64,000 nt of DNA from Proteromonas lacertae (Eukaryota). A program made the position numbers and the translations under genes. The notes below the pieces were generated by a model. The model ran no database searches. It was not told the origin of the DNA and saw only the letters and a list, made by a program, of their open reading frames with translations. The stretch is from assembly GCA_002245135.1 (NCBI GenBank), contig NGBS01000874.1, forward strand, positions 186,001-250,000. Direction: 5' to 3'. Below are positions 1 through 12,823 of this stretch, piece after piece (within the stretch, counting starts at the first letter, position 1; every line of letters starts with the position of its first letter).

Positions 1-836
1 TCTGCACTTAAACACTATAAATATATATATCAATATTATTAAAATAAATATATTATACTTGTCCTGTTGGATTTCCTGGGTTAATTACAACTAACCCTTT
101 AACTGTAATACCTTTCTTTGTAGCTTCATCATAAGCTTTGGTTAAATCTTCAATTCTTAATGACCAACATTCTTCTTCAGTTAAGTAATAATTTACCTAA
201 TTTAAATATATACATAATAATATACTTGAACACCTCCAAATAACTCAATAGCAGCACTGTAAAGTGGGTATTGTGGAATTGGAATCATAATACCATCAGT
301 TGAGTTAGATATTAAGACGTTCAAAATGGATTTTACACCACTAGAAGCACCATCGGTTAAATAGATGTTTTCTGGATCACATTCATAACCATCTCTCTTC
401 TTTAAGAAGTCAGCTACTTCTTGTCTTACACAAGCAACACCCTTTGAATGAGAGTAAGCACCAACACCACCTGGGATATTGTCAATGTAATGTTTTGATC
501 TTTCAATTACATCCTTTGGGAATACCTCAGGGTGGTTTAATAATTCAGGATAGTTGACACATGCAAGTACTTGACGCTAAGAACGTAATTGGTTTTTGTT
601 TTAAAGCTTGTGGATTACCAATATTACAGAAAATCATGCTATTAAAGTCCAACTTCTTTCCAGCTTTCAATTCTTTCTCGAGCTCGTTTGCTTTAATTAC
701 AATAGCACCTCTAACAGCATATTCAGCATTAATAACCTATTCAGTATAAGACCAAATCTCATACGTGTGGGTTGATTTTATCAACAGTGAAATAGTGGCC
801 TAAAATAAATAATCAAAAAAGCAATATACCAGACAT
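1..836 (-). CDS. GPT: Alanine aminotransferase (PLP-dependent class I/II); 3' end runs off the window
   Basis: Spliced minus-strand translation gives MSGHYFTVDKINPHVINAEYAVRGAIV...CNIGNPQAL...GAYSHSKG...IYLTDGAS...IPIPQYPLYSA...VVINPGNPTGQ. It has four short GT-AG introns. Confidence 0.93.
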
Positions 837-1219
837 TTGAAGCAAAGAAAGAATCTAAAAATCTAATGAAACGATAATGTTGATAAATATGAAGTTTCTA
901 TGATAACTAAACATCAAAAAAATAGTTTCTACGAAACAGAAATGTAGTAAATTCAATGAATAATCGACAAGTAAATATGAATAGATCAGTATATAGATGA
1001 TTATGTCTCTTTAAAGTGATTTAAAAATAAAGTACTTGTTTAGTTTATGAGTCATTCAACTTATACTATATATATCTGTATGTTATTTTAACTCTTTTAT
1101 TAGAAAATACTAATACTTTTGTTTGATGCTGTTTATTTTATTCCTAAAAACAGATTATTTCATTTTAGAATGTCAAACCCAAGCCACATTGACTGTTTAC
1201 TCTAATTGGCTGTTTGAAA

Positions 1220-4200
1220 ATGTCTGAAGATCTATTCAAACAGTGGAGCGAAAAGAAATTTCTTTTTGTATATTTAATATAATTTTATTATTTAGGCTAC
1301 TGTTGATGACTCACTTAATTATAAGGTATGTACAAAATATATTCTTTCTAGACTGATAGTGTCTGGCTAACATCTGATATCAAATGCACATTAAAAGTTA
1401 AAAGTACAGAAGATAAGTCAAAATATATCCTTAAAGCGTTACATGTTGGTATAGACAAGGATAAGTTGGATACGATTGTATATAATAGTTGTATATATCA
1501 TAATTAATAGAAAGAGAATATCGAAAAGGTGTCTGGTAGTCATCTTCTGAAAATGAAGTGTGTAGAAGTACAAGATGGTGCATATTTAATCTGTGTAACT
1601 CCTTTACAAAAATGCACCTCTTTATCTGTTAAAATGACCTCGAAAATTGAGAAAAAGGAAATTTTGGATTGTGTCAAAGAGATAACCAAAGGTCTGATAG
1701 AATTATCAGATTTAGAATTGTATCATGGTAACTTACAACCCAGAAATGTAATCATAAGAGAGGAGAATGACATTTGCTTGGTTGATTACTTCCAAAGCCA
1801 AATAGAACCAGACATAAGCAAGAAATCAGTAGATGATGTGAAATACATGAGTCCAGAGATGATAAAAGGCGAAAGTGTAAATAGTTCGACTGATGTTTGG
1901 TCATTGGGTGTAATGTTGTATCAATTGTTGATTGGAAAATGTCCATATGAAGGTGGATCTATAGAGAAGGTGAAAGATAAAGTATTGAAAGGTAAATTTC
2001 ATAAATCAGAATTACCAGCTGAGTTTAAAGATGTTGTAACAAAGATGATAGTATCAGATAAAGATAGTAGAATTGGATTACTTGATTTGTTAGACGAATT
2101 AGAAAGTATTGAATATATATATATATATATTATTATTATTATTATATTATATTATAGAAATAAATGTAGAAACTTCTGACAACGCTGAGACTAAAGAAGA
2201 AGATAAGCCAAATGAAGAGAGTGAACAACCAAAGGTAGTAAAAGATGATGAAGATAATAATAATGTTATACCAGAACCAGTTAAAGAAGAAGAAGAAGAA
2301 GGTGCAAAAGAAGAAGTAAAACCAGAAGCTCCATCCTTTGATAATGAAGATAGTGCAAAAGAAGAAATAAAACCCAAAGATGATGATGATGAAGAAGAAA
2401 AAACCAAAAAAGAAAAAAGATAAAAAAGAGGAGGAAGAAATAAACAAACCAGAATCTCCAAAGTCAGATGATGATGATGATGAAGAGAATAATGATGTAC
2501 TAAGTCCAGAAGTAACAATAAAGAACACTAATGAATCTGATTCTGAAGCTGAGAGTGGTAATTCATCTCCATCTGTAGTTACTCCATTATCCGCAAGATT
2601 TACAAGGTCAGCAAGATCTATGTCATTGACAATGAGCATGACTCAATTAATCAGAGATATTGAACCTTTAAGTGATGATGAAATTAATCAAATTACAAAT
2701 GACATTAATAACAGTATATTCTATATATATATATATATATTATATTAATAGATATTGGTATTAAAGAGATTTATAAAAAATATGAGAAGAAGATATTTTA
2801 TTCAAAGATAGTCACATTATTAGCTAAAAACGAGAAAATATTAGAAGAGACTATAAAATTAGTAAAAGATGGTAAAGATAAATACTATGGTATTATTTTA
2901 GCAATATTCTTTGAAAAACAAGAGTTGAAATCCAAATTGACAAAGTTAAACTTAACCTCTGATCCATTATTAATTTCTGTTTTTAAAGGATTACGAAGTG
3001 GTCATAAGATCAAGCTGTCAAATAAAGGCTTGACATTAGATGATTTAAAGAAGTTATGCGATATCTTGAATTATTTCCCAAACTGTGAATCAATTGATTT
3101 AGAGAAGAATAATCTTTCTGGTGACGGTTTAGATATAATAACAACTGGATTCAGATTTATCAAAGATGTGAGACATATAGTATTAAGTGATAATAATTTA
3201 AACAGCAATGATATTGATTCATTTAGTACTAGTTTATTTGTTATACCAAATTTACAGAAATTAGAATTAACATGTATAATTGCTATATATATATATTATG
3301 TAGATAACAAGATATCTGATACTGGTTTTGTATTATTAATTGATAGTTTAAAAGACTCATGTCCTGTCATTGCATCAGTTGATTTAAGAGGAAACAAAAT
3401 CAAATTACAACAAACAGATGATGTTAACGAAATGGTTAGTAAAATGCCAACCTTAAAAACATTAGATTTAAGAGAAAACAACATTAAACCAGAAGAAGTT
3501 AAGAAATATAAAGGAATATTTAAAAAAATATCAGAATTAGAAATGGATGATCAAATTACTGATTCTTTATGGGATGATGAGAAATTGGTATTAGCATTAA
3601 TCAGAAACAATGAAACTACAATTGATCAACTTATCACTGAAATGAATGATGGTCTTTTCACTAGAAACATCATGTTAGAAATTGGTAAAAATCAGACTAT
3701 TAAAAGTCAATTAATTGAAAAGTTTAATGAGAATGAAGATTTGTTATTCTTCAGTATTATCGTGAGAATATGTTTCGAAGATCCTACTAGAATCAATGAG
3801 TTAAGTTCACAGATGAAAACTAAAGATGATGTACTTATAACTGTATTGAAATGTATTGAAGAAGGTTATAAGTGGAATTTACATGGTAATTCAATTGGAG
3901 ATCATGGTGTAAAGATAATCAGTAAAATGTTTAAAGCAGTACCAAACCTTGTTTCACTCGACATAAGCTGTATATATATATATATATATATAATAAGTAT
4001 TATTATTACTATTTAATTAGATAATGATATTACAAGTAAAGGTATAAACGAATTACAGAAAGAGTTCAGAAGAATTCAGAAATTAAAAGAGTTAGATCTA
4101 AGTAGTATGTTATAATAATATATATATATATATATATATAATACTATAGTTAATCATCTTGGAAATGAAGGAATTAAATCATTATGTAAAGGTTTAAAGT

Positions 4201-7200
4201 CATTAGCAAATCTTGTTAAATTGGTATTATCATGTGATGAAATGGATGATGAAAGTTTAAAGTTACTTAGTGACAATATCAATGATATAAAACACTTACA
4301 ATCACTTATATTGAGTTACAACAACTTTGAGAGTGGTTCAATGAAGATATTAGCAAAGAAATTAGCACATCAAGAAGAATTGCAATTATTAGATTTAAGA
4401 GGTAATTTCATTGGAGAGAATGGGTTTGATGATTTAGCTGAAAAGCTCAGAAAAGTGAAAAGCTTGAAAACACTTGATTTGAGAGAAAACTTGATAATTC
4501 ATGCTATAGAAGAGAAGTTTGAGAAAGAATTAGAATACATTCCAAACTTGAAGTTGATTGAAAAGAATTGTAGTGGATTAGAAGATGATAATTTAATAAT
4601 TAGATTAATGCCAAAGAATGATAATGATATTCATATTCAAACATTAATGACTGAATTGGGTGATAAACTATACAAAAGATCAATACTGTTTGCTATAGGA
4701 AAGAATGGAAGTATATATATATATATATGCTTATTTTTTTTTATTAGATTTGGTTCAAGAGATTATTGATGAATATAATAATGGAAATATGGACAGTTAT
4801 TCATTATTATGTAGAATTTGTTTTGAAGATGTCAATCAAAAGAAAGATATAATCTCAAAGTTATCTACAAGAAATGAAATATTATTAACTCTATTACAGT
4901 GTATTGAAAATGATTATACATGGAATATGGAAGGAATTGGAATGACTGAGGAAATTATTGAACAGTTAAGTAAACAGTTTAAATGCTTACCCAACTTATC
5001 AAGATTATCACTTGGAAGTATATATTATATATATATATATATTATATAGAGAATAATATTAGTCCAGAAGGTATTGAGACATTATGTAAAGAGTTAAAAG
5101 TAGCACCAAATTTAATTGAATTGGATTTAAATCGTATGACTATATATATATATATATATATATAGATAATATGATGGGTGAAAATGGTTTATCAACATTA
5201 TGTAATTCATTTTCATGTATTTCAAGTCTTAGAAAACTCAATATTTCATGTATATGTTATTGTTATAAGCAACATTATAGACAATGTTATTGGTGATGAT
5301 GGAATAAACATTCTGGCACCTGAATTAAACAGTATCTCAAGTTTAAAGACATTGATATTGGTACATAACGAAATTAGTGATGAAGGAATGGATGTATTAA
5401 GTGAAGAATTAAAATCAATTCCAAACTTGGAAACACTTGATCTAAGCGATAATGAAATTGGTGTTAAAGGTGTAGATTCAATTAGTAGTCATTTGGATAG
5501 TATTCCTCATTTAAAAAAGCTTGATTTGTCTGGAAATAAGTTAGGTAAATCTGGTATTAAGCAGTTATGTAAAGCGTTGAAACAAGTTCCTGATTTACGA
5601 GAATTATATTTTACAGATTGCATGATTGGTGATCATGGTTTAAAATCATTAGCGCAAGGATTAAAATCAGTACCGAATCTAACAATATGTCATCTTAGCA
5701 GTATATTCTCTAGTTTTTATTAATATTCTTATATATAGATAATGATATTACACTGCAAGGCATGTCATCATTTACAAGTGAATTTACATCAATTACAAAA
5801 TTAGAAAAACTTGATTTGAGCAGTATATATATATAAAAATATATTTATAGAGAATAATATTGGTATATCTGGAATGGAGTTTTTAGTAAAAAGTGTAAAA
5901 GATTTACCTAATTTACAGTACTTGGAATGTTAGTTGTAACAAAGTAGAAGCAGCTGGTGTGAAGTATTTAAATGAGAATATGAAATTTATACCAAATATA
6001 ATGCATTTAAATCTTAGTGATAATGAATTAGGCTCTGAAGGTATGAAGTATTTATGTGAAGGTTTAAATACAATTCAAGAATTAGAAGAATTAATACTAA
6101 GTCACAATAATATAGGTAAAAAAGGAGCAAAATTATTAGCTGAATCTTTAAAGAGTTTAGAGAACTTGAGATATTTAGATATAAGTAATAATGATATTGG
6201 AAGCAAAGGTATTGATGAAATTAGTAAGAAATTGAATAATGTTCCATGTTTAGAACATTTAGACCTAAATACAAATAATATAGATGAAGATGGTATTGAA
6301 TGTTTCTGTAAACAAATGCAAAGTATTCCTGGTTTAAAAGAATTAGATTTACATGGAAATACTATTGGATTTATGGCAATTGATAACTTAACAAAAGAAT
6401 TAGGTTCAGTACCAGCACTTAATTCATTGAATCTATCTGAAGATGATAAAATGACAACAGATAATAGTGGTAATAATACTAATAATGGTGATAGTGATAA
6501 TAGCTCATCAGGAAGATTTCCATTAATGCCTTTAAGATCAATATCCAGAGCTATTCGTAAATTACAAGAGAGTGGTACAATAACAAATAATGATGCTGAA
6601 AGGTTAGTGGTTAATTTAGTGACAAATAATAAAGGAGTTCATATAACTGATTTGATAAAAGAATTAGGAGAGAAATTATATACCAGAGATATTATAATAG
6701 CTATTGCTAATAAAGAGAATTTGATTCCTGAAATGATAGATGAATATCATTCTGGTCATGAGTTATACTATTCACTTTTAATTCGTGTATGTTTTGAAGA
6801 TGTAACAAAGAAATCATCAATAATTCCTAATATTAAAACAAGCAAAAGTATTGTTACTACTGTATTAAGAGGTATTTCTAAAGATTATACTTGGAATTTG
6901 ACAAATAAAAAACTAAAAGATGATGATATAAGGTTTTTATGTAAAGAATTTAAATCAATTCCAACATTAAAGACCTTAAATGTTAGTGACAATGAAATAA
7001 CAGATGAAGGATTGGAAGTGTTGTTAGATAATATATCTGTAGCATCGAAATTAACTTCATTGAGTATAGCCAAGAATCAAATAACAAACAAAGGAATGGA
7101 AGTATTAGCAAATAAATTAGATTCAATTAAGAATGTAGTAGATTTAGATATATCTGAAAATAAATATAACGATTATGGAATTAGTAAAATAGCACTGAAA

Positions 7201-8114
7201 ATAAGAGAAAAGTTACAATCAATTAATATGTTGGATATATCAAAGAATGAAATAACACCATTCGGTTTGCAATATATAAGAGCAAAACTGTCATTTATTG
7301 ATTCACTAAAGTATGTTGAATTAAAAGATAATAATAGCGAAGAAACGATGATGAAGTTATTAGAAACAGATGATGTAGTAATGGATGATACAATTGAAGA
7401 ATATAACTCCTGTGATGGAAATGAAAGATTCTATCCAATATTGATAATTGTGTGTTTTGATGATCCGAAACAAAAACAAAGAATTCTACCAAAGATGAAA
7501 TATGATACTCAGCCGTTGCAAAAAGTGGTTTTAAGTGGAATTAGTGAAGATTATAGATGGATATTTAATGGAAATGAAGATGAAAGCGTTGTATTGAAAA
7601 AGGAAGGAATTGCAATTATTTGTATGGAATTAGAATATGTTCCACAGTTAAAAGAATTGTGTTTATGTAATGTAGGAGTAAGTTCAAAAGAAATTGAGAC
7701 TATTTCAAATTATTTAGAAAATAATAAAGAGTTAAAAACAATTGATTTAAGTTGTATATATATTTATATATGTTTATATTTATATATATTGAATTAGATA
7801 ATGATTTTGGGAATGAAGGTGCTAGAAGTTTAAAAAGGTTATTCAAACATATTACCCAAATCGAAAATCTAAACTTAAGTGGAAATGTCATAACAGATGA
7901 ACCATTAAACGAAGTATGCCAATCAATTAGACCATTGGTAAAGTTACAATCACTTGATGTTAGTCATAATAAGATTGGATTTGGAGGTTTAGGATTACTA
8001 AATGCTGTATTAGGTAAATTGCAAAGTTTTAAGAGCTTAGATGTATCATCAAATACATGTGGATGTGGATTTAAGAAAGTAATGACTTCCTGTACTGTCA
8101 AGTATTATGTATGA
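1220..8114 (+). CDS. Large pseudokinase + acidic linker + multiple RNI-like LRR blocks protein
   Basis: The kinase fold has HGNLQPRN, DYF, YMSPE and DVWSLG. An E/D/K-rich linker follows, then many LxxLxLxxNxIxxxG repeats in five blocks. ORFs join via short GT-AG introns, with apparent 1-nt frameshifts near 2400 and 5926. Confidence 0.8.
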
Positions 8115-8298
8115 ACCTAATATTAATTATTATATATAACTGGTTTTTATATTCATTTTACTTTTTCTATTCAATGAAATATTATTATTAACAATCATAA
8201 AACAATAAAAAAAAGAGTAATTATTAAATTTAAATGAACTATCTTAAGTGAAATTATTATTTAACTTAAAAGTTTTAACATATTACGATTAATATTCT

Positions 8299-9281
8299 TT
8301 ATAACCTAAAAGTTTGATTAAAATTGCCAAATTCAACTTTTGAGAAATCATTCATAATATAGAATAATCTTTCTTGTGAACTATATACATTATTTTCAAG
8401 TAAGTTGAATCCTTTGAAAATATTGTTATTACAATGATCAACATCGTCATAATTTACAAAACTAATGTTATTTTCATTACAACAATTAGAGTAACTAATT
8501 CTCCTATCTGAGAAAGGAGAGCATATGCTACCACAGGGAGATGAAATCGGCGAGGACTCAGATGATGATAAAGTTGATATAGATGTAACTGAAGTTGCAT
8601 TTCTTGATTTAATGGTTGATCTATTAGAATTAACTACTGACGCAGACAATATTACCTGTTGTTGAGAGTTATGAAGGGTGAAATATTCATTGTATTTATG
8701 ATATTCACCATTTAAACATCTGTTATACATTTCATCAAGATAAGCTTCATCTGTAAAATCAGGTAAGTCAGACATATCAAATTTTTCTACATCAATCGTC
8801 TCAAATTTCAATGGTTTTCTCAATTCTTTTTCGAAATGAGCATATGAACAGACTTCATATTGACAACCTCCGTATTGTTCAACATTTTTGCATAATCTCA
8901 TTTTATATAACATAGGGTGAAATTGTAATTCATTGTTTCCATGGCAATATATACATCTGTCAGAATTAGGACAGTTACCAGTTTTACAGTAAAATTCACA
9001 TAGTTTGGGTCTGTATGCTTGTATGTTTCCTTCTTTTATTGGACATCTTCTTCTTTCAAGCTCATTATGATAAAACATACACTTACTCTAATACAGTATA
9101 AATAAAATTGATACTCTCTCAAGTGTATTATCTGTGTGGTGAGGATCAGTGCATGATTTTGTTTTATATGACAAAATGATCTTCATGTCTTCTGGTTTCT
9201 CATAAATGTGAAAATCTTTAGGATATTTTACTATTCTATTAAAAATATTACATTAAAAATATACTTTTTAGCAGTACTCAT
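8299..9281 (-). CDS. Tandem CCCH zinc-finger RNA-binding protein (Unkempt/TZF-like)
   Basis: Motifs YKTKSC...CMFYHNELERRRCP, CEFYCKTGNCPNSDRCIYCH and FHPMLYKMRLC...CQYEVCSYAH. The start MSTAKK is joined through two short introns. Confidence 0.8.
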
Positions 9282-9804
9282 TTTAGAAGAAAACAAAAAA
9301 CAAAAAACAAAAAACAAAAAAGAAGGTTGTGTTTTTTAGAGATGTTGGACGGTTTGTATTTTCATGATGCTAATAATATATACCGTAATTTATTGATAGA
9401 ATATATTAATTGGTTTTTATAGGTGTTATACAGGGATAGCTTTGCTATTTAAACTACAAATTATACTTGATTTTTCTATTTGTTAAAATAGATGTACTCT
9501 ATAACTACTACTAGTTATAGCCGCATTTTATCAGTAAAAAAAACACATGTGTCGTATGAAATTAATTATTTTATTTGGTATTATACTGAATTACTCATCG
9601 AATGTGTTTAATATGCTAGTTATTATGTACAATAAAGAAAGCTTAACTAAATGATGTATAAATAAACTATTCATGACAAAATAAGAAAATTAAAAATTAT
9701 CGTACTATATGAAAAAAATACCAACCGAACACAATTCTATAAATGAAATAATTGTATTACTATGTTATAACTTATTATAAATGGATTATAATCTGATTAA
9801 ATTA

Positions 9805-10588
9805 CTAACTTTTGTCAACTGATTGAAATTCTACAAATAAGCCTAATCCTACCGATTTCCCAGACCTAATTAATTCAAATCTGTCTTTGTTAGTTAAGTT
9901 TTCTTCATCTTGACTATTTGTTGTTTTTACTATCTGAGGAGAGCTATATGCATTTTCTTCTTCTTCAAATTGTAGTGGTTCTGGCTATATTAATATTATA
10001 CTACTCAGTATACAGAAACTGTATCTTCTAACTGAATATCATCTGGTGAACCATTCTTTTCAACGAATTTTAGTTGTCCTCGTAATTCCTATACTTTGTT
10101 ATTATACTATATACATTACTATCATGTGCATAACAGCAATAAGTATAAGGACAACTACCTTTATGAACCATGTGAGTACAAATTTTAGTTTTATATATCA
10201 TAGGATGGTATAGAAGCTCCAATACACTGCAATAAATAAATAAATAACACAAATATACCCATGACTATATTTACAGTTGTCACCATTGGGACAAGAACCT
10301 GTTTCTCGAAAGGTATTACACAGAGTAGCTCTATATAACTCTATATTACCTTTAACTGGACATCTTCTTCTTTCCTTCTCGTTATGGCAGTAAAAACATT
10401 GGTCCTTCAGAAAACTAAATACAACAAAAAATACTTTCTTGTGTGTAGATGATGTTTCTTGACTACAATACTCCGTTTTGTAGTGTGTCATCATTTCCCA
10501 ATCTGACTGTCTTTCGTGCTCTTTAAAATCGTCAGGATAACAGGTAATTCTAACATGAAAATAATGTAGCCTTATACTTCTTTTTCAT
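9805..10588 (-). CDS. Tandem CCCH zinc-finger protein, paralog of the adjacent gene
   Basis: Motifs HYKTEYC...CFYCHNEKERRRCP...CNTFRETGSCPNGDNCKYSH...YHPMIYKTKIC...CPYTYCCYAH. It has five short GT-AG introns and a TAG stop at 9805-9807. Confidence 0.8.
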
Positions 10589-11373
10589 AGGCTTATTACC
10601 ACTAAAAGAACTAGAAATTCTCTTTCTAGTTTTCTTGTGTACAGAAAATTACCAAAAAAGGTAACTAGAATTTGACAATACATAATGTAGTGTAAAGAGT
10701 TAATTTATTTTCTATAACTAAATTTATTTAAATAATAGCGTATATAAGAAATTTGATCTATTTAGAATATTAACATCGTATATTAATTAGAAGAAGCATC
10801 TATGTGATTAACTTATATATTTAAATATAAAAACGTACTTAACAAAATAGGGTAATTGGTATTACATTCAATCATGCATACACAATTACTAAATCCTACG
10901 ATTTTTATGTATTTTTATCTTAAATATACAATTTATATTACTTTTCTTCCTCAATTTCATTAACATATTCAAAAAATATTAAAAACCGTTACACGTTTTA
11001 AATAATGTTATTGTTGGTTATGTTAGATTCTTTGATGATTTAACATTTCATTTGTCCATATTATTTTACGCACGTTTATTAGGACCAATTATACGATGTT
11101 TTCAACTCAATCAATAATTGTTTGTGATATTTAGTTGAAATAATTCTATTTTTCATTAATTTTTTACTAATTATAAATGATTATAAAATAATATTGGAAA
11201 AGTTTGTGTAGTTTGATGATCTAAATAACCTAGAACACTATCCAATCCAAATCTCTAATGATAATATGTGTATACAACGTAGATCATATGCTTTATTCTT
11301 TCATATATATTATTCAATCAAAAATCATAAAAATACAGGAATGATGTGTATAATTTGTGTATAAAGTGTATTT

Positions 11374-12667
11374 ATGTCAGATTCAAAAGAACTTCTTATT
11401 AATCTTACTATAAATTGTATTTTTGCAGGAATAACCCTATGGGCAGGGTACCGTCTGATTGAAAAACTAGATCCTACAAGAGAAGTATAATTGATTTCTT
11501 TACCAGCAATAATAGGAAAAACAAAGATCAAAAAAAGTAGCAGAAGCACTGAGGTTGAGATTACAAAAATCTGGTAGAAATAATCTTGAATTTACTGAAG
11601 TATAAATTATTTCAATGTTTTGAATAGTATGAATTAATTGTTGCGCAAGATATAATAGATCCAAAAGATATTGATACTTCTTTTGATATGATTGGTGGTT
11701 ATGAATTAGAAAAGAAAGAGTTGAAAGTATTATATTTATATATTTCAGATTTTATGTTATAATATTTAGTCAATTGTGAGTTTACCTATAAGAAAACCTC
11801 AACTGTTCAAAAATCATCGTTTACTGTCCTTCCCTAAAGGAATATTGTTATATGGTCCTCCAGGTACTGGAAAGACTATGTTAGTAAAAGCAATAGCTAA
11901 AGAATGTAATGCAATCTTTATAAATTTACAACTGTATGACATATTTTAATTTGTTTTATTTATATTGATAGATCAACAGTGTTTAATATGTTTTTTGGTG
12001 AATCAGAAAAGCTAATAAAAGCAGTATTTTCTCTGGCTTCTAAACTATCACCATGTGTTCTATTTATAGATGAAATAGACTCATTTTTAAGACAAAGAAG
12101 TGGATATGATCAAGCTGTATTTGTCATTATTGTTTGTTATTATTATGACTATTAGATAACTGGAAATATAAAAGCTGAATTCATGCAATTATGGGATGGA
12201 TTGCTATCAAGTGATGATAATGGTGGAGTAATGGTAATAGGCGCTAGTAATCGTCCAAGTGATATAGATGAAGCATTTTTAAGAAGGTTACCTCGAACTT
12301 TTTATATTCGTCTTCCTGTATAATAATAATATTTTTTGTTATATATATATATTAAATTAAGAATGAAAAAGAAAGAGAAGAAATATTGAAATTAATATTA
12401 AATGAAGAAAAGTTGGATAATAATTTGAATTTTAAATTACTTTCTCAAAAGACAGAAAGATATTCAGGTAGCGATCTTAAAGAATTATGCCAAGTAGCAG
12501 CTCTTTGTCCAATAAAAGATGCCGAAAGAATTGAAGAAGTTAGTAATATTGAAATTGATGAGAATAATATACGAGCAATAGAAATGAAAGATTTTGAATA
12601 TGCTTTAACGCAAGTACTGCCAACTGGTGAAGCAGCCTATGGATATAGAAGTCCAAATGTATTTTAA
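11374..12667 (+). CDS. MSP1: Membrane-anchored AAA ATPase, MSP1/ATAD1 family
   Basis: N-terminal hydrophobic anchor followed by LDPT. Motifs [77 protein letters not shown] and [10 protein letters not shown]. Confidence 0.9.
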
Positions 12668-12823
12668 TAAAAGTATTATGAAAATAGGATGAGAGAAATG
12701 AGAATAGAAATATTGATTTAGCTTCTTTATTACAATTTATGGATAATCTTCATAACCATTAATTTTTATTATTCATTTTTGTTGAAAAAATAAAATTTGA
12801 AATATCAATTAAAAACAAAATAA

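Noticed and set aside
2142..2639. Hydrophobic minus-strand ORFs (also 44967-45362, 47097-47492, 52575-52814 and similar)
   Set aside because: These are antisense shadows of acidic or low-complexity coding sequence, or of intronic microsatellites.
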